Notes under the pieces: model-generated
Databases searched by the model: none
The model's input: only the letters and a program-made list of their open reading frames with translations
Told to the model about the DNA's origin: nothing
Assembly (NCBI RefSeq): GCF_009914755.1
Contig: NC_060947.1
Direction: 5' to 3' (one strand)
DNA length: 64,000 nt
From: the human T2T-CHM13v2.0 reference genome, Homo sapiens
Part shown: piece by piece, positions 59,655 through 64,000 of the stretch
Numbering within the stretch: the first letter of the stretch is position 1
How the letters are laid out: every line of letters begins with the position of its first letter
Position numbers and translations under genes: made by a program

Positions 59655-60930
59655 AAATAATTACAACTTTTATTTTAGACTCTGGGGGTACATGTGCAAG
59701 TTTGTGAAATGGATGTATTGCATGATGCTGAGGTTTGGGATATGAATGATGCTGTCACCCAGGTAGCGAGCATCGCACCCAGTAGTTAGTTTTTCAAAAC
59801 TTGCCTGCCTCTCCCCCATATGGTACCCCTGAGTGTCTATTGTTTCCATCTTTATGTCCATGAGTACCCACTGTTCAGCTCCCACTTATAAATGACAATA
59901 TTATTTGATTTTCTGTTCATGTGTTAATTTGCTTAGGATAATTGCCTCCAGCTGCATCCATGTTGCTGAAAAAAACATGATTTCATTCATTTTTATGACT
60001 GCATAGTATCCCACGGTGTACATGTACCACATTTTCTTTATCCAATCCACTTTTGGTCTGTGCCTAGTTTGATTCCATGTCTTTGCTATTGTGAATGCAG
60101 GTGTGATGAACATACAAGTGAAGGTGTCTTTTTGGTAGAATAATTTATTTTCTTTTGGATAAATATCCAGTAATAGGATTGCTGGATCGATTAATAGTTC
60201 TGTTGTTAGTTCTTTGAGAAATGTCCAAACTGCTTTTCACAGTGGCTGAACTAATTTACATTCCCACCAACTGTGTGTAAGTGTTCCCTTTTCTCTGCAG
60301 CCTCACCGGCATCTGTTATTTTTTGACTTTAATAATAGCCATTCTGACTGGTGTGAGATGGTATCTCATTGTGGTTTGGATTTGCATTTCTCTAACGATT
60401 AGCGATGTTGAGGCCCTTTGCATATGTTTGTTGGCCACTTGCGTGTCTTCTTTTGAGAAGTGTTTGTTCATGTATTTTGCCCATTTTTAATGGGGTTGTT
60501 TTTTGCTTGTTCAATTGTTTGTTAAAAATTCTGGATATTAGACTTTTGTTGGCTGCATAGTTTGTGAATATTTTCTCCCATTCTATAGGTTGTTTATTTA
60601 CTCAGTTTATACTTTATTTTGCTGTGCAGAAGCTCTTTAGCTTAATTAGGTTCCACTGGTCAATTTTCATGTTTGTTGCAATTGCTTTTGAGGATTTAGT
60701 CATCAATTCTTTCCCAAGAACAATGTCCAGAATGGTGTTTCTTCAGTTTTCTTCTAGAATTCTTATAGTTTCAGGTCTTACATTTAAATCTTTAATCCAT
60801 CTTGAGTTAATTTTTGGAAATAGTGAAAGGTAGGGGTGCAGTTTCATTCTTTTGCATATGGCTAGTCAGCTATTCTAGCACTATTCATTAAATAGGGAGT
60901 ACTTTCCCCATTGCTTATTTTTATTAACTT
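59655..60930 (-). mobile_element. L1PA15/16 or L1PB-like 3' end
   Basis: gggggtacatgtgcaagtttg...gatgctgaggtttggg; DWIKKMWYMYT. Confidence 0.88.
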
Positions 60931-63900
60931 CTTTAAATGTTTGGTAGAATTAACCATGGAAAGCCATCTGGTTCTGGGCTTTTCTTTAGTAGGAAGTTTT
61001 TACATTTCTAATTTAATCTCTTTGCTTGATATAGTTCTATTTAGGTTCTTCTTGATTCAGTTTCAGTAGTTTTGCATTTCTAGGAATTTTTTCATTTTAT
61101 CTAAGTTGTACAATTTGTAGATATAAAATTGTTCATAGTATTTTCTTATAATCCTTTCTATTTTTGTAAGGTTGCAAGTAACATCTCTGCTTTCATTCCT
61201 TATTCTAATAATGTGAGTCTTCTCTCTCTCTTTTCTTGGTCACTCTTAGCTATAGCTTTGTCAAATTTGTTGATCTGTTTAAAAAAACATGTTTTGAGTC
61301 ATTTCTTTTCTCTATTGGTTTTTTTCTTCTGTATCACATTTATCTTCTCTCTAACATTTATTATTACCTTCATTCTGCTTCTTTTGTGTTTAATTAGCTC
61401 TTTGTTTTCTAGTGTTGTAAGATGGGAAGTGAGGTTATTGATTAGAGATTGTTCTTCTTTTTAAATATTGTTTTCAGCTATAAATTTCCCTCTAAGCACT
61501 GTTATAAAACCCTGCTATAGTTTTAGTTTTTATTTATCTCAAAATATTTCCTAATTTCTATTGTAATTTTAATTTGACCCATTGGTTATATGAGAGTGCA
61601 TCATTAAATTTCTGCATATTTGTGAATTTATCAAATTTCCTTATTTTTATTTCATTTTGGTCAGAGAATATGCTTTGTCTGACTTCAATTATTTTAAATT
61701 TATTGACTATTGTTTTATGGTCTATTCTTAAGAATGTTCCATGTGCACTAGAGAAGGATGTCCGTTTTGCTGTTTTTAGAGTGTTCCACAGGTTTCTATT
61801 AGGCCTAGTTGCTTTGTTGTCTTGTTTAAATATGTTTTTCTTTATTGCTATTCTGTCTAATTGTTCTATCCATCATTATAAGTGAGATATTGAAGCCTCC
61901 AACTATTATATTAAATTGTCTATTTCCCCCTTCAAAGAATGAAGTTTTTACTTCATGTAAAAACTTACTACATGTTTATAATTATTACAACTTCTTTGTG
62001 GGCTAAACTTTTTATCATTATAAAATGTTCCTTATTGTCTTAGTAACAATTTTTGTCTTAAAGTCTGTTTGATACCAGTATTGCCATTCCAGCTCTCTTT
62101 TGACTACTATCTTCTTGGCGTATAATTTTTCTTCCTTTTACATTCAACTTATTTGTACCTTGAGTCTAAATTATGTCTCTTATGGAAAGCATATCATATG
62201 TTTCTAAATTAACTCTTTCAACCTCTGGCTTTTGATTGAAGTGTTGAATTCATTTAAATTTAGTATAATTACTGATAGAATTTACATCTTCCATTTTGAT
62301 ATATTTTCATGTCTTATGTCTTTTTTCGTCCCTCTATTCTTCCATTGCTGTCTCCTGTTAAATAGATATTTTTTATTGCATCATTTTAATTCCCTTGTCA
62401 TTTGTTTTAATATGTTTTTAAAAGTTATTTTACTAATTGCCCTGGGGATTGCAATGAACATCTTAACCCATAACAGTCTAGTCAAATTAATACCAATTTT
62501 AATAATATATCAGAACTTTTATCCTATACCTCTCTATTCCCACTGCCTTTCATTGTGCTATTACACAGAAATTAATTTTTATAATTCTGTATCCATCAAC
62601 ATGGATTTATAATTATTGGTTTATGTGGTTGTCTTTTATATGAGATAAAAGAAGAAAAATATAACAAGCAAGAATACGTTTTGTCTCTTATGTTTACCTA
62701 TAGCTACCTTTAGCAATACTACTCATGATTTCATGCAGATTCAAGTTATTGTCTAGGGTCCTTTCATCTGATCCTGAAATTACTGTCTGGTGTCACTTTC
62801 TCTCAACCTGAAAAACTACCTCTGGTATTTCTTGTACAGCAGGTCTACTAGCAATGAATTATTTTCCTTAGGAACGTCTTAAGTTTTCACTTATTTTTTG
62901 AAGTATGGTTTTGCTAGCTATAGAATCTTTGGTTGAAAGTCTTTTTTTCTCAGTACCTTAAGTATGTCATCCCATTGCCTCTGGCCACATCATTTCCGAT
63001 GAGAAAGCAGCTGTTAATTTTACTGAGGATCCCTTAAACATGAGTCACTTCTCTCTTGGTGTTTTCAAGATTCTCCATGCCTTTGGCATTCGACCATTTG
63101 ACTAGGATGTGTCTCTTTGTAGATTTCTTTTTTTTTTTCATCTTACTTGAGATTTGTGGAGCTTCTTGGATAAATTTATTAATGTTTTCTATCCAACTTA
63201 AAAAGAGTTTGACTATTATTTATTCACATTTTTTTTCTGCCCAGTTTCTTTTTCTCCTCTATGGTTTTTCATTACATAAATGTTGTCCTTAATGTTGTGC
63301 CACAGCTCTGTAAGTCTCTATTCACTTTTCTCCATTCTTTTTTCATTCTGTTCCTTACACTGAATGCACTCAACTGACCTTTCTTCCCACTATCTTATTC
63401 TTTTCTCTGCCTGCTTAAATCTGGGGTAAAATTCCTTTAGTTAATTTTTCATTTCAGTTATCATATTTTTCAACTGAAGAATTTCTACTGATTTTTCAGA
63501 ACTTCTTTTTATTGATATTCTCAATTTGATGGGACATCATTCTTGTATTTTCTATTAGGTCTATAAACATGTTTTATTAAAAGTTATTTAGATATACTTA
63601 AAACAATTGAAGTCTTTGTCTAGCACATACAATGTCTGAGCATCCTCAGGGAGACATTATATTAATTGCTTTTTTCCTTTGTGTATGAGCCATATTTTCC
63701 TGTATATTTGCTCATCTCATAAGTTTTTGTTGAAAACAGGACTTTTCAAATAATCTAATGTAGCAACTTTGGTAATCAGATTTTCTCCATTTCCCAGGGT
63801 CTCTTGCTGTTGCTGTTAGTTGTTATTTGTTTCTTCAGTTACTTTTCTACACTAATTCCTTAAGCCTATATTGTTTATTCTGTGTCACGACTGAAATTTT

Positions 63901-64000
63901 TGCTAAGTATAGTGGTCATATGGCACCAATAATTTTCCTAGTCCTTGCCAAAGGGCTTTTGTGCATGTTTGGGCCCAAATTCAACACTCAGCCAGGCAAT
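60931..64000 (-). mobile_element. Old L1M ORF2/ORF1 region
   Basis: ctttaaatgtttggtagaatt...gccatctgg; later gatgagaaagcagctgttaat ORF1-type antisense motif. Confidence 0.8.

Overview
Primate (human-like), AT-rich, repeat-dominated genomic DNA with no intact recognisable protein-coding gene, RNA gene or CRISPR array. Most of the window is old L1 LINE sequence (mostly on the minus strand) with about 17 Alu/FAM/FLAM copies, MaLR and ERV solo LTRs, L2/MIR/L3 relics, a Tigger3 transposon and microsatellites. Repeat families were assigned from memory of consensus sequences, so subfamily names are provisional and the boundaries of old elements are approximate. The non-repeat islands carry chains of small exon-like segments with GT-AG borders and mutually compatible reading phases on the + strand (2341-3853, 36471-40241, 50523-52759), some with stops. 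This suggests a decayed multi-exon gene or spliced lncRNA that I cannot name, and chance splice sites are a real alternative. A competing minus-strand spliced model lies downstream of an LTR1-type promoter (5486 to about 2256). The clearest sequence-level novelties are structural: a 58-bp-stem fold-back hairpin (49366-49493), a nested palindromic scar (54247-54330), two templated insertions (12741-13185, 32474-32550) and an AluSp that appears to carry about 190 bp of 5' flank (57509-57996).
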